Positions 38,805 through 50,892 of a DNA stretch of 64,000 nt are shown here, one piece after another. A program made the position numbers and the translations under genes. Origin of the DNA: an uncultured bacterium (GTDB lineage: Bacteria; Zixibacteria; MSB-5A5; CAIYYT01); NCBI GenBank assembly GCA_963726455.1, contig CAVSCK010000004.1:448001-512000 (forward strand). The letters are read 5' to 3'. The stretch's first letter is position 1. Each line of letters begins with the position of its first letter. Under the pieces are notes generated by a model. That model was not told the origin of the DNA. It was given only the letters and a program-made list of their open reading frames with translations, and searched no databases.

Positions 38805-39305
38805 ATGAATAACGTCACTCAAGAGCGGGTCAAGTCTCAATTCGGGGATCGAATACTGGAAACAGTAGTCGCCTACGACGAATTGACTTTCGTCGTGGAC
38901 AAGTCTGCTGTTGTCGAGCTGGCCCGTTTTCTCCGCGACGATAATTCCCTCAAGTACCTGCATCTCTCCGACATTACTGCGACTGACTGGCCCGCACGTC
39001 CGAAAAGATTCGAGGTCGTTTATCATCTGATGTCGTTCGATCTCAAGGATTATGTCCGCCTCAAAGTTCGCGTTGGCGAAGACGAACCCGTGCCAACTCT
39101 GACGGGCGAATGGGACACCGCGAACTGGCTCGAACGCGAAGTCTACGACATGTTCGGCATCAAATTCGCCGGTCATCCGGACATGCGCCGCATTCTCATG
39201 TGGGATGAATTCGAAGGCCATCCACTGCGCAAGGATTATCCGCTGACCTACGAGGTGCCACAGTTTACCTACAATAAGGATTTGCCGCCGGAGGTCATCA
39301 AGTAA
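38805..39305 (+). CDS. nuoC: NADH-quinone oxidoreductase subunit C
   Basis: ANWLEREVYDMFGI, GHPLRKDYPL. Confidence 0.96.
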   Translation: MNNVTQERVKSQFGDRILETVVAYDELTFVVDKSAVVELARFLRDDNSLKYLHLSDITATDWPARPKRFEVVYHLMSFDLKDYVRLKVRVGEDEPVPTLTGEWDTANWLEREVYDMFGIKFAGHPDMRRILMWDEFEGHPLRKDYPLTYEVPQFTYNKDLPPEVIK

Positions 39306-40474
39306 TGCGCACCGAGACGATGACCGTCAATCTCGGTCCGCAACATCCCGCGACTCACGGGGTGCTTCGTGTCGTGCTTGAACTCGATGGCGAAATCGTG
39401 GTGAAATGCACGCCGGAAATCGGCTACCTGCACACCGGTATCGAAAAGACCGCCGAAGCCAAGCTCTATTACAAAGTCATTCCTTTGACTGACCGCATGG
39501 ACTATCTCGCACCCATGTCGAATAATCTCGGCTATTGCCTGGCGGTGGAGAAGCTTTTCGGCGTTGAAGCCCCGCCCAAAGCGCAATGGGCGCGTGTACT
39601 CCTGACCGAAATCACCCGACTGAATTCACATATCGTCTGGCTGGGAACTCACGCGCTGGATATCGGCGCCATGAGTATGCTGCTTTACACCTTCCGCGAA
39701 CGCGAGGATTTGCTCTATATATATGAAGCTGTTTCCGGCCAGCGAATGATGTCCACGTATTTTCGTATCGGCGGCCTGGCTGCCGACCTGCCGGAGGATT
39801 TCGAAAAGCGTGTCCGCCGAGTCCTGGATACTTTCCCGGGGCGCTTCGAAGAATATGAGAACATTCTGACGAACAACCGCATTTGGCGCAACCGCACCAT
39901 CGGCGTCGGCGTGATCAGTAAGGAAGAGGCGCTTACGTCGGGGCTCACCGGTCCGCTGTTGCGCGCTGCCGGCGTCAAATACGATCTGCGTAAAGCCAGG
40001 CCGTATTCGAGCTACGAAAAATTCGATTTCGAGATTCCGACCCGCGAAGCTTCTGATTGTTTCGCACGGTACGAAGTTCGCCTCGAGGAAATGCGCCAAA
40101 GTTTGCGCATCATCAAGCAGGCGCTGGAAGGTATGCCGGAAGGACGTTATCGCGCCGATGCACCCGGTATCGTGAATCCGACCAAGGAAGAAGCGCTCTA
40201 TCAGATGGAAGCCATGATCTATCACTTCAAGCTGACGACCGAAGGTTTCCATCCTCCCAAAGGCGAAGTCTACGTGACCATCGAATCGCCCAAAGGTGAA
40301 CTCGGATACTACATCGTTTCCGATGGCGGCACGCGGCCATACCGCATGCGCGTGCGTCCGCCAAGCTTTGTGAATATCGCGGCGTTGTCGAAGCTGGTGG
40401 TTGGCAGACTGCTGGCGGACGTCATTGCCTGTATCGGATCGGTGGACATCGTACTGGGTGAGGTGGACAGATGA
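39305..40474 (+). CDS. nuoD: NADH-quinone oxidoreductase subunit D
   Basis: NLGPQHPATHGVLR, RMDY, ESPKGE, DIVLGEVDR. Confidence 0.97.
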   Translation: MRTETMTVNLGPQHPATHGVLRVVLELDGEIVVKCTPEIGYLHTGIEKTAEAKLYYKVIPLTDRMDYLAPMSNNLGYCLAVEKLFGVEAPPKAQWARVLLTEITRLNSHIVWLGTHALDIGAMSMLLYTFREREDLLYIYEAVSGQRMMSTYFRIGGLAADLPEDFEKRVRRVLDTFPGRFEEYENILTNNRIWRNRTIGVGVISKEEALTSGLTGPLLRAAGVKYDLRKARPYSSYEKFDFEIPTREASDCFARYEVRLEEMRQSLRIIKQALEGMPEGRYRADAPGIVNPTKEEALYQMEAMIYHFKLTTEGFHPPKGEVYVTIESPKGELGYYIVSDGGTRPYRMRVRPPSFVNIAALSKLVVGRLLADVIACIGSVDIVLGEVDR

Positions 40475-40947
40475 TCTTATCAGATGCGGCTAAGTTAAAA
40501 ATTTCACAAGCTGGCAAGAAATATCCAAAGATAAAGTCTGCTATTTTGCCGGCTCTGCATATTGCCTACGAAGAGCATGGTTATCTTAGCGACCAAATGT
40601 ACGAGGAGATCTCGCAAATACTTGGACTGAAATTTATCGAGGTTGCCGAGGCCGCCTCATTCTATACGATGTTTCCCAAGGCCAAACGCGGCAAGTACCT
40701 GTTGCAGGTCTGCCGCAATATTTCGTGCGCCTTATTGGGTTCGCATCATTTACGAGACTACCTGCTCGAAAAGCTGGGCGTGCGACTTGGAGAGACCACC
40801 GCCGACGGTCTGTTCACCGTGGTCGAGGTCGAATGCCTCGGCAGTTGTACGACCGCTCCGATGATGCAGGTCAACCAACATTACTATGAGAATCTCACGG
40901 TTGAGAAAGTCGACCGCCTGATTGAGGAATTCCGGGGCCGGAAATAG
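40471..40947 (+). CDS. nuoE: NADH-quinone oxidoreductase subunit E
   Basis: CRNISC and ECLGSC 2Fe-2S ligands. Confidence 0.96.
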   Translation: MILSDAAKLKISQAGKKYPKIKSAILPALHIAYEEHGYLSDQMYEEISQILGLKFIEVAEAASFYTMFPKAKRGKYLLQVCRNISCALLGSHHLRDYLLEKLGVRLGETTADGLFTVVEVECLGSCTTAPMMQVNQHYYENLTVEKVDRLIEEFRGRK

Positions 40948-40952
40948 ATCTG

Positions 40953-42243
40953 ATGGAAACGAAGATACTCACTGAGTTTGTCAGCGATCCGCAACAGCAC
41001 ACAATTGACCGTGCCATTGAGCATGGCGCCTATCAGGCATGGCAGAAAGTGCTCAAGGATATCAAGCCCGACGAACTTGATTCAAATGGTCAAGGACTCC
41101 GGCTTGCGCGGTCGCGGCGGCGCGGGATTCCCGACTGGAATGAAGTGGAGCTTCGTTCCCAAAAACTCGCCCAAACCGAAATACCTTTGCTGCAACGCCG
41201 ACGAATCCGAGCCCGGCACCTGCAAGGATCGTGTTTTGCTCGAAGGTGATCCGCACGCAGTTGTCGAGGGAATGGCAATTGCCTCGTATGCCATCGATTG
41301 TCATACGGCATTCTTCTATATCCGCGGCGAATATGACGTCAGCCAGGTTCGCATGTCCAAAGCAATCGAGGACGCCTACGCCAAAGGATATCTCGGCAAA
41401 AACATTTTTGGCACCGGCTATGATCTTGACATCGTCGTGCACCGTGGTGGCGGCGCATATATATGTGGCGAAGAAACCGCGCTGCTCAGTTCGCTTGAAG
41501 GCGACAAAGGGCTGGCGCGTTTGAAACCTCCGTTCCCGGCGGTCGAGGGCCTGTACAATTGCCCGACCATCATCAACAACGTCGAAACCCTTGCCAATTT
41601 GCCCCGCATTGTAATGAAGGGCGCGCAGTGGTTCGCCAGCCTGGGTACCGAAAAATCCAAAGGCACGAGAATCTTCTCGGTCTCCGGCCATGTAAAGAAG
41701 CCGGGTAACTACGAGTTGGAGCTTGGCTATTCATTGCGCGATCTCGTTTACGGCCTCGCCGGGGGCATCAAGGATGACAAGCAACTCAAGGCGATTATTC
41801 CCGGCGGCTCATCCACACCGATTCTTTTGCCCGACAAGCTCGACACCAAATTGGATTTCGAATCGGTCGCCGCAGCGGGTTCCATGCTCGGTTCCTGTGC
41901 CGTCATCGTGATGGACGAGGACACTTGCATCGTCTGGATCGCCGAAATTCTGGCGCACTTCTATATGCACGAATCCTGCGGCAAGTGCACTCCCTGCCGG
42001 CAGGGTACCGGCTGGATGTATGAAATCATCCGCCGCATTGAAGCAGGCAAGGGCAAAATGGAAGACCTGGACACGCTGATGGATATCGCTAAGAATATCG
42101 AAGGGAACACGATTTGCCCGCTGGGCGACGCAGCCGCAGTCCCGGTCATTTCTGCGCTAAGTCTATTCCGGGATGAATTTGTTTATCACATCGAGAACGG
42201 CAGATGCAAGGCGCCGACTCGATTTCGCATGAGAGAGAAATGA
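40953..42243 (+). CDS. nuoF: NADH-quinone oxidoreductase subunit F (+1 frameshift near 41077, probable sequence error)
   Basis: GLRGRGGAGFPTG, NADESEPGT, YICGEETAL, SCGKCTPCR; N-terminus lies in the adjacent frame. Confidence 0.93.
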
Positions 42244-44840
42244 GCGATTTCAATATAACAGTCAACGGCCAGCAGGTTCCGGTTGTCAAAGGCCAGACGG
42301 TGCTTCAGGCATCTTTGGCTGCGGGCATCGATATTCCGGTGTTCTGCTGGCACCCGCAACTTGTTCCTGTAGGCGCCTGTCGTATCTGCCTCGTGGAAAT
42401 TGAGAAGTTCCCCAAGCTGCAGGTTGCTTGTGCTACTGTTGCCACGGACGGCATGATTGTTCACACGGAATCGCCCAAGACCATCAAAGCCCGCCAGAGT
42501 GTCCTTGAGTTCATTCTCGCTCATCATCCGCTCGATTGCCCAACCTGCGACAAGGGCGGCGAATGCGATCTGCAAAACATCACGTTCAAGTACGGCCTCG
42601 ATTACAGCCGGCAGCTCGAGCCGAAACACCGCTTTATCGTCGATCCAACATCAACCTTCGACGACTGGCGCATTGGTCCCGAGGTGATTCGCAATCAGAA
42701 TCGCTGCATCCATTGTTTTCGTTGCACGCGCATCGTAAATGAAATCGCCTTTGAGGATGACCTCGGCGCCTATCAGCGCGGATATCACACCGAAATTCTG
42801 CCGCCGCCCGGACGCGAAATTCACAATCTGTATTCTGGAAACGTCGTTGAATACTGTCCTGTCGGCGCTCTGACTAATACCGATTGGCGTTACAAAGTGC
42901 GCGTCTGGCTCACCAAGCAGGCAAACACGATTTGTCCGCACTGCCCGGACGGCTGCAACATGAAGCTCTGGACGTTCCACAACAAGTTGTTCCGGGCAAC
43001 CTCTAATGCCAACGAAGACATTGACTGCGGCTTCCTATGCGATATCGGTCGCTATGGTTATCAGTATGTTCAGAGTCCTGACCGCATCAAGCGGCCCATG
43101 GTCCGACGCAAGGGTGAACTGGTCGAGACCTCATGGGATGAAGCGCTTGGCTTGATCAAACGCCAGACTGATGACATTAAATCCAAGTTGTCAGGTAGTG
43201 GCTTCTTCGGCTTTATCGGCGACATCAGGACTGACGAAGAGGTCTATTCCTTCCAGCGATTCCTGCGCCGCGTTATCGGCTCGAACAACATCGATCACCG
43301 CTTCCATCGCCGCCGTCGGCTTTCGCCTGGTGAGGAAGTCGCCATGCGCGGTATTGGCTCGGATGACCTTGAATTCAAAGATATCGAAAACGCCGATGTC
43401 ATCGTGATTTTCGGATCCGACTTGCACTCCGAGGACCCGATTACTTCGCTGCGTGTCAAGCGGGCTGTCTTCCGTCACAATGCCAAAGTGGTTTTGCTCA
43501 ACCCGTTGCCGACGCCACTGAACAAACGCACGGCCACGCTGGAAGTAATCTATAAACCGGGCACCGGCGCCGTGCTTCTGCATGGCATTATTGACACGAT
43601 TATGAATCTGCCACAGTTCGATCCGGCAGCGGTCGGTCTTGATGCCAACGAACTGGCGGAATTTCGTAAAGCTAATGCTTCATATACGGCGGCTCAGACG
43701 GCGAATATCTGCAGCGTCGAACTTGAAACCTTGTCTCAGGCCGCCCAGTTCATTTTTGGCGCACGGAATCTCGTCATTATTGGCGGAAGCTACGTCGAAC
43801 GCGACGCCTTCCGCGACTCGCTGCATTTGGCAGTTGCGAATCTGCAACGGTTCTGCAAATCAGCGAAGAAACTATTTCTGCCGCCAGACAGCAATACGAT
43901 GGGCGCGTCCTTCTTCGGCGCCGAGCCAGGATTCCTCCCGGGCAAGCAGCCCTGGTCGAAAAAATCCTTCTACGAAGATCTCTGGCACGGCCCGATACCC
44001 GAAATGGCGGGGAAGGACACAATCGGCATTCTTGAAGCTATCGACGAAGATGAAATCGAATGCGGCTTCGTGTTCAATGCCGATCCGGTGCGCTTGTTCC
44101 CGGACGGCAATTATGTCCGGTCGGTTATGGAGAAGCTGAAGTTGCTCGTGGTGGTGGACAGCTTCATGACTGAGACCGCGCGTCTTGCCGATGTCATTCT
44201 GCCGATGTCGACTTTCGCCGAGACTGAGGGTACGCGCGTCAATTGGGAATATCGTCTGCAATACTCACAACGGGCAATTCCTCCGTTGTATGAATCAAAA
44301 CCCGGCTGCGAAATCGTTGAGCTGTTGGCAGACAAACTTGGTGTTAAGTTCAGCCAACCGGGGCCGTCCGATGTCTTCAAAGAAATGGCGCGCTGTCTGC
44401 CCGCAAACGCGCCGACAACATTCGCTGCTTTCGGCAAGGCCGGATACCTGATTCGTTCTGCCGATGCGAAGAAACCCGCGAAACTTGCCGAGATCAAATT
44501 CACGCCGCCGGCCATCGATACCGAATATCGGTTTGCGTTATTGATCGGTAATGCTGATCATCACCGCGGCATGTTGACGGAGCGTAATGAATCCCTGCTA
44601 AAATTCACCGGTGAGCCGTTCGTCGGCATCAGTGAAGCCGACGCCACTGAACTTGCGGTATCTGACGGTGACCTCGTCAAAGTCGAATCCAAGAACGGCA
44701 AGGTCATCGGTAAGGCACAGATTCTTTCCGGTTTCCCGAAACGGCGCGTGTTGTTGCCGGAGAACTTCAGCGAAATGACCACGAATTCCTTGATGAGTCG
44801 CCAGGACAAGATCGATTTCGTCAAGTTGGTGAAGATGTAG
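42240..44840 (+). CDS. nuoG: NADH-quinone oxidoreductase subunit G
   Basis: GACRICLVE, HPLDCPTCDKGGECDLQ, RCIHCFRC, CPVGAL, CPHCPDGC. Confidence 0.96.
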   Translation: MSDFNITVNGQQVPVVKGQTVLQASLAAGIDIPVFCWHPQLVPVGACRICLVEIEKFPKLQVACATVATDGMIVHTESPKTIKARQSVLEFILAHHPLDCPTCDKGGECDLQNITFKYGLDYSRQLEPKHRFIVDPTSTFDDWRIGPEVIRNQNRCIHCFRCTRIVNEIAFEDDLGAYQRGYHTEILPPPGREIHNLYSGNVVEYCPVGALTNTDWRYKVRVWLTKQANTICPHCPDGCNMKLWTFHNKLFRATSNANEDIDCGFLCDIGRYGYQYVQSPDRIKRPMVRRKGELVETSWDEALGLIKRQTDDIKSKLSGSGFFGFIGDIRTDEEVYSFQRFLRRVIGSNNIDHRFHRRRRLSPGEEVAMRGIGSDDLEFKDIENADVIVIFGSDLHSEDPITSLRVKRAVFRHNAKVVLLNPLPTPLNKRTATLEVIYKPGTGAVLLHGIIDTIMNLPQFDPAAVGLDANELAEFRKANASYTAAQTANICSVELETLSQAAQFIFGARNLVIIGGSYVERDAFRDSLHLAVANLQRFCKSAKKLFLPPDSNTMGASFFGAEPGFLPGKQPWSKKSFYEDLWHGPIPEMAGKDTIGILEAIDEDEIECGFVFNADPVRLFPDGNYVRSVMEKLKLLVVVDSFMTETARLADVILPMSTFAETEGTRVNWEYRLQYSQRAIPPLYESKPGCEIVELLADKLGVKFSQPGPSDVFKEMARCLPANAPTTFAAFGKAGYLIRSADAKKPAKLAEIKFTPPAIDTEYRFALLIGNADHHRGMLTERNESLLKFTGEPFVGISEADATELAVSDGDLVKVESKNGKVIGKAQILSGFPKRRVLLPENFSEMTTNSLMSRQDKIDFVKLVKM

Positions 44841-44841
44841 G

Positions 44842-45825
44842 ATGCTGCTATTCATCCTTATCACGGTTATCAAGTCCCTGGTCATTCTGACCGTGCTGCT
44901 CTTGACCTGTGCCTGGATGACTTATGCCGAACGCAAATTTGTCGCGTTCATGCAATCGCGCATCGGGCCGAATGTCGCCGGTTGGTATGGATTGCTCCAG
45001 CCGGTAGCCGATTTGGTCAAGCTCTTGCTTAAGGAAGAAGTGCTTCCCGGTGGCGCCAACCGGACTCTGTATTTGTTGGCTCCGCTTATGGTGTTTATCC
45101 CGGCGATGTTGCCGATCGCGATGATACCAATCGGTAAGGATATAACGCTTTTCGGTCACACGATCCCGCTGGTAATATCTAATTTCAATCTTGGCCTGTT
45201 GTTCGTATTCGCCATCACTTCGCTCGGAGTCTACGGGATTGTAATGGCCGGCTGGTCGGCCAACAGCAAGTATTCTTTGCTGGGTGGTCTGAGATCCTCC
45301 GCGCAGATGGTTTCCTACGAGATCGGGCTCGGCATGTCCGTAATCGGTCTGCTCGTGCTGGCGGGAACCTTGAATCTTGTCGAAATTGTAAACCAGCAAA
45401 GCGTCTGGTACAAATGGTATATCTTCCGTCAGCCGCTTGGCTTCCTGCTCTATTTTATCTGCGCGATCGCGGAGACCAATCGTTCGCCGTTTGACCTGCC
45501 GGAAGCGGAATCCGAATTAGTTGCCGGTTACTTTACCGAATATTCGTCCATGCGTTTCGGCCTGTTCTTCGTCGGCGAGTATGCCAACATGGTTACCGTC
45601 GCCGCGGTCGCTACGACATTATTCCTCGGCGGCTGGCAGGGTCCATTCTTGCCGCCGGTGTTGTGGTTTATTATCAAGGCCGCCGCGTTGCTCTTTTGCT
45701 ACATCTGGATTCGCGCCAGTTTGCCGCGATTCCGTTACGACCAGTTGATGAAATTCGGCTGGTATGTCGTCATCCCGCTGGCACTCGCCAATATTCTGGT
45801 GACGGCACTGATAGCGTTGCTCTAG
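44842..45825 (+). CDS. nuoH: NADH-quinone oxidoreductase subunit H
   Basis: ERKFVAFMQSRIGPN, AETNRSPFDLPEAESEL, PRFRYDQLM. Confidence 0.97.
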   Translation: MLLFILITVIKSLVILTVLLLTCAWMTYAERKFVAFMQSRIGPNVAGWYGLLQPVADLVKLLLKEEVLPGGANRTLYLLAPLMVFIPAMLPIAMIPIGKDITLFGHTIPLVISNFNLGLLFVFAITSLGVYGIVMAGWSANSKYSLLGGLRSSAQMVSYEIGLGMSVIGLLVLAGTLNLVEIVNQQSVWYKWYIFRQPLGFLLYFICAIAETNRSPFDLPEAESELVAGYFTEYSSMRFGLFFVGEYANMVTVAAVATTLFLGGWQGPFLPPVLWFIIKAAALLFCYIWIRASLPRFRYDQLMKFGWYVVIPLALANILVTALIALL

Positions 45826-45835
45826 GAGGTTAGAG

Positions 45836-46345
45836 TTGTTCAGGATACTCAAACAGATCGTCATCGCCATCCCGATCGGGATGTACACCGTGCTGAAACA
45901 GATGTTTCGCAAGCCGGTGACGATTCAATATCCGTTCGAGAAAGAGCCGATGATGCCGCGCTATCGCGGACTGCACTTTCTCGAACGCTACGAGGACGGC
46001 TCCGAGCGCTGCGTCTGCTGTGGCCTCTGTGCGGCTTCGTGCCCGGCGGATGCGATATATATGGAGCCGGGCGAGACCGAGAGGGGAGAGCGCTACGCGA
46101 AAGTCTATGAGATCAACGAACTCCGCTGCATCTTCTGCGGCTTCTGCGAAGAGGCCTGTCCGGAGGAAGCGATCTTCCTCGGCAAGGAATATGAATTTGC
46201 CGACTCGCGGCGTGACAAATTCATCTATACGAAAGAGGATTTGCTGGTGAAGTGGCCGCGCGAAAAGCCGTCTGAGGTCAAATTCATCCGCAAGGACCGG
46301 CGCGTCAATTGGGATGACGTGCCGGAAATCAAGGAGCAGGAATAA
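45836..46345 (+). CDS. nuoI: NADH-quinone oxidoreductase subunit I
   Basis: TIQYP, CVCCGLCAASCP, CIFCGFCEEACP. Confidence 0.97.
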   Translation: MFRILKQIVIAIPIGMYTVLKQMFRKPVTIQYPFEKEPMMPRYRGLHFLERYEDGSERCVCCGLCAASCPADAIYMEPGETERGERYAKVYEINELRCIFCGFCEEACPEEAIFLGKEYEFADSRRDKFIYTKEDLLVKWPREKPSEVKFIRKDRRVNWDDVPEIKEQE

Positions 46346-46349
46346 GCTC

Positions 46350-46850
46350 ATGGGTCTGGCAATCTTTTTCATCACTGCCGCCGTCGCAATCGTCGCCGCG
46401 GTCTTGGTGATTGTGCAACGCAACCCGATTTCCTCAGTGATGTATCTGGTAGTGACCTTCGTGGCTCAGGCCGTCCTGTTCATTCAACTTCAGGCCGCCT
46501 TCATCGCCATGCTCCAGGTTATCGTATACGCCGGAGCGATTATGGTGCTATTCCTGTTTGTGATCATGTTGCTCAATTTGCGCCGCGAGGAATTCGGCAA
46601 AGATGTCAAACTGAAATTCAAACCCGTGGCGATTGCTTTCGCCGTGGTGTTGTTGATAGAAACGATAGTCGTGATCAACGCTTCACTGATGCCCGCGCAG
46701 CCCGCCGCCGAATTGTCGGCAACCTTCGGTTCCGTTCAGGAAGTCGGCAAAGAGTTGTTCACGACCTATCTATATCCTTTTGAACTGACCTCAGTGTTGC
46801 TGATCGTCGCGATTCTCGGCGCTGTGGTCATGGCGAAGAAGAAGCTGTAG
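46350..46850 (+). CDS. nuoJ: NADH-quinone oxidoreductase subunit J
   Basis: QVIVYAGAIMVLFLFVIMLL, PFELTSVLL. Confidence 0.96.
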   Translation: MGLAIFFITAAVAIVAAVLVIVQRNPISSVMYLVVTFVAQAVLFIQLQAAFIAMLQVIVYAGAIMVLFLFVIMLLNLRREEFGKDVKLKFKPVAIAFAVVLLIETIVVINASLMPAQPAAELSATFGSVQEVGKELFTTYLYPFELTSVLLIVAILGAVVMAKKKL

Positions 46851-46853
46851 ACT

Positions 46854-47156
46854 ATGGTTCCGCTGGAATATTATCTGATTGTCGCCGGAATGATCTTCAC
46901 GATCGGTATGATCGGCGTGATCATTGCCCGCAACATCATAATCATTTTCATGTCGGTCGAGTTGATGCTCAACGCCGCCAATCTGGCGATGATCGCCTTC
47001 TCGCGTAATCTCGGCTCGATGGGCGGACACGTTATGGTCTTTATGATTATGACGGTCGCTGCGGCGGAAGCTGCGGTCGGCCTGTCGATTATTATCGCGC
47101 TGTTTCGCAATCGCGACAGCGCCAACATTGATGAAGTCAACCTGTTGAAGTGGTAG
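46854..47156 (+). CDS. nuoK: NADH-quinone oxidoreductase subunit K
   Basis: MSVELMLNA, VAAAEAAVGL. Confidence 0.97.
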   Translation: MVPLEYYLIVAGMIFTIGMIGVIIARNIIIIFMSVELMLNAANLAMIAFSRNLGSMGGHVMVFMIMTVAAAEAAVGLSIIIALFRNRDSANIDEVNLLKW

Positions 47157-47169
47157 CGCCGAAGGTACG

Positions 47170-49102
47170 ATGGAATTGATCTGGCTCATACCGCTTGTCC
47201 CGCTCGCCGGCTTCATACTCAACGGCCTGTTCGGCAAGAATTTCAGCAAGCCGGTCATCAATACTATTGCCTGCGGCTCCGTAGCGGTTTCGTTCCTGCT
47301 TTCCCTGAATGCTTTCTTCGGCCTCCTGCGTCTTGATCCCGAGGCCCGAAGTTTCGAATACATTTTGTTCTCGTGGATTCCTTCGGGCAACTTCAGTGCC
47401 GACATTGGATTTTTGCTCGATCCGCTATCGGCCGTCATGATTCTTGTCGTCACCGGCGTCGGTCTGTTGATCCACATCTATTCCATCGGCTACATGGCCC
47501 ACGACGAGGGCTATCCGCGCTTCTTCACTTACATGAATTTGTTCATGGCCTCGATGTTGACGCTTGTCCTTGCCAACAACTTCGTGCTCATGTACGTCGG
47601 CTGGGAAGGCGTCGGCCTCTGCTCATACTTGCTGATTGGTTTCTGGTACGAAAAGAAGTCCGCTACCGATGCCGGCAAAAAAGCGTTCATCGTCAACCGC
47701 ATCGGCGATTTCGGATTTGCTCTCGGAATAATGCTATTGTTCTGGACGCTCGGTTCGGTGCATTTTTCGACCGTTTTCAATTTGGCTCCCCAACAACTTG
47801 CTTACGGTGGGGGAGTGGTCACGGCGGCGACGCTGCTGTTATTCCTCGGCGCTACCGGTAAGTCTGCTCAGGTGCCGTTGTACGTCTGGCTTCCTGACGC
47901 TATGGAGGGCCCGACCCCGGTCTCCGCATTGATTCACGCCGCGACGATGGTCACTGCCGGTGTCTACATGGTCGCGCGCTGTAATGTGCTGTACGTGATG
48001 GCTCCGACGACGTTACTTGTGGTCGCCATTGTCGGCATCTTCACCGCCTTCTACGCCGCGACAATCGGTCTCTTCCAGAACGACATTAAGCGTGTGCTTG
48101 CCTATTCCACCATCAGTCAGCTTGGTTATATGTTCGCTGCCTGCGGTGTCGCCGCTTTCGGCGCGGGTATCTTCCATCTTATGACGCATGCTTTCTTCAA
48201 AGCTTTGTTGTTCCTGGGCGCCGGTTCGGTGATTCACGCCATGAGTGGCGAGCAGGACATGCGTCGCATGGGTGGTCTCAAAGGCAAACTGCCCGCGACC
48301 TACACGACCATGATAATTGCGACGCTGGCAATTGCCGGCATCCCGTTGTTCTCCGGCTTCTTCTCAAAAGACGAAATTCTCTGGCAGGCGTTTTCCTCGC
48401 CGTTCGGCTCTCCGATTCTCTGGGTTGTCGGCCTGATCACCGCCGGTCTGACTGCGTTCTACATGTTCCGCCTGATTTACATGACTTTCTTCGGTGAGCG
48501 CCGCTACGACGACCACACGGCCGCGCATCTGCACGAATCACCTCGCGTTATGACCGTGCCGTTGATGATTCTCGGCGTTCCTGTCGCTGGTCGGCGGCTA
48601 CGTCGGCCTTCCCAAGGCACTCCTTGGCGGCGCTTGGTTCGAGCATTTCTTGCATCCGGTATTTGCCAGGGGCGCCGAAATCGGCAAGCTCGCGGAAGCG
48701 GCAGGGGAGTCGCATGCGACTGAATACATCCTCATGATTGTCGCTGTCGCATTGGTGGTCGTCATGATTCTGACTGCCAAGCGTTTCTATCTTGATCGCG
48801 CCAAACAGTCAGAGCAATTTGAGCAGGGCTTCGGCGGGCTCTATAAGCTGATTTATCACAAGTATTACATAGATGAACTGTACGACAAGGCCATCGTCAA
48901 TCCCATGGTCAAAGGATCAAATTTCCTCTGGCAGAAATTCGATGTCCTGATTATCGACGGCGCGGTGAACGGCGCCGCCTGGCTGATCGGCCAATGGGCG
49001 ATGGGCTTCCGCAAACTGCAAACCGGCATGGTGCGCAGTTACGCCTTCGTCTTTCTCGGCGGCGCGATCTTTGTGATCGGCTATTTGATTTTGAGCAGGT
49101 AG
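47170..49102 (+). CDS. nuoL: NADH-quinone oxidoreductase subunit L (+1 frameshift near 48578, probable error)
   Basis: [34 protein letters not shown]; C-terminus ([12 protein letters not shown]) lies in the next frame. Confidence 0.93.
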
Positions 49103-49104
49103 CA

Positions 49105-50662
49105 ATGAACGAACAGATATTGACCATCGTAACTTTCCTTCCCACAGTGGGCGCGATCATATTGCTCCTGCTGCGCGAACAGATGAAGCAGGCGATCAAA
49201 GTGACCGCGCTGGCAACATCGGTGGTCACGTTCCTGTTCTCCACCTATCTTTATTTCAATTTCCAACCCGGCACTGCCGCCATGCAATTCGTCGTTCACA
49301 AACCCTGGATTCCGGCGCTCGGTGTCACCTATCACCTGGGCATTGACGGCATCAGTCTGTTTCTCGTTCTCTTGACCACTCTGCTCACTGCGATCTCGAT
49401 ACTATCCGCCTGGACGGCCGTGGCCGACCGCGTCAAGGGATTCATGGTCTCGCTACTGATCCTGGAAACCGGCATGCTCGGCGTCTTTGTGTCGCTCGAT
49501 CTGTTCCTGTTCTATGTCTTCTGGGAAGTCATGCTGGTTCCGATGTACTTCCTCATCGGCATCTGGGGCGGCATCAACCGCATCTATGCAGCCATCAAAT
49601 TTGTCTTGTTCACGATGTTCGGCTCGCTCCTGATGTTGGTCGCCATCGTGGCGCTATACATTATTCGTTATAAGGCAACCGGAGTTTGGTCGTTCGACCT
49701 CTTATCATATTATGATTTGCGAATCCCACTCGGCGCTCAGAATTGGCTTTTCATCGCCTTTGCGCTGGCGTTCCTGATCAAAGTCCCGATGTTCCCGTTC
49801 CATACCTGGTTACCGGATGCCCACGTACAAGCGCCGACCGCCGGCTCCGTGATTCTGGCTGGGGTGCTGCTGAAAATGGGCACCTATGGTTTCCTGCGTT
49901 ATTGCATACCGATGTTCCCAAATGCCTTTGACGCCTTCATGCCGCTGTTGGCGGTGCTGGCACTGATCGGCATCATTTACGGTGCGCTCGTGGCGATGGT
50001 GCAGAAGGATGTCAAATCGTTGGTCGCATTTTCATCCGTCGCCCACATGGGATTTGTCATGATCGGAATGTTCGCCCTCAACATGCAGGGTGTGCAGGGT
50101 TCAATTCTGCAAATGCTCAATCATGGCATCTCGACCGGAGCCCTGTTCCTGGTCGTCGGCATGATCTACGAACGACGGCACACGCGCTTGATCGATGATT
50201 TCGGAGGCATCTTCAAGGTCATGCCTGTCTTTACGACATTCTTCATGATCATAACTTTGTCATCAATCGGTTTGCCCGGCACCAACGGTTTCGTCGGCGA
50301 GTTCCTGATTCTGCTCGGCACTTTCGGCATGAACAAGGTCTACGCCGTGATCGCCACCTCCGGCATCATCCTGGCCGCTGTCTACATGCTCTGGATGTTC
50401 CAGCGTGTGATGTTCGGCAAGTGCGAAAAACCGGAGAATCTCAAGCTGACCGATATCAATCTCCGCGAAAAACTCGTACTGATCCCGCTTGATCGTCCTG
50501 ATCTTCTGGATCGGACTCTACCCGAAACCATTCCTCGACGCGATGGCGCCTTCGGTGCAGAATCTGATCGAGCAGACCAATGGGAAACGTATGCACCTTT
50601 CGCAGAGTTTCACGCCTGACAGAGAATGGGTTATTGCCACTGCGACGGCGGTGGAGGAGTAA
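49105..50662 (+). CDS. nuoM: NADH-quinone oxidoreductase subunit M (+1 frameshift near 50490, probable error)
   Basis: [30 protein letters not shown]; last helix IFWIGLYP lies in the next frame. Confidence 0.93.
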
Positions 50663-50667
50663 ACGAC

Positions 50668-50892
50668 ATGGCCAATGTAAAGATCTACACCAAGGTTGGC
50701 TGTCCTTACTGCGCCAAAGCTAAAGAGGATTTCAAAAAGCGTGGCGTCGACTTTGAAGAAATCGACGTCCATAATGTTCCCGGTGCCGCCGAGGAGGCGG
50801 CGAAATACGCCAAAGGCCAGAAAGTCGTGCCGGTGATTGTCGAGAATGGCAAGGTCACCCTCGGCTACGGCGGCGGGTCATGAGGATTCTAA
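50668..50892 (+). CDS. UXX-star family glutaredoxin-like selenoprotein (TGA 50881-50883 = Sec)
   Basis: GCPYC, VPVIVENG, C-terminus GYGGGS-TGA-GGA-TTC-TAA (U-G-F-stop); GGAG SD; downstream hairpin. Confidence 0.85.
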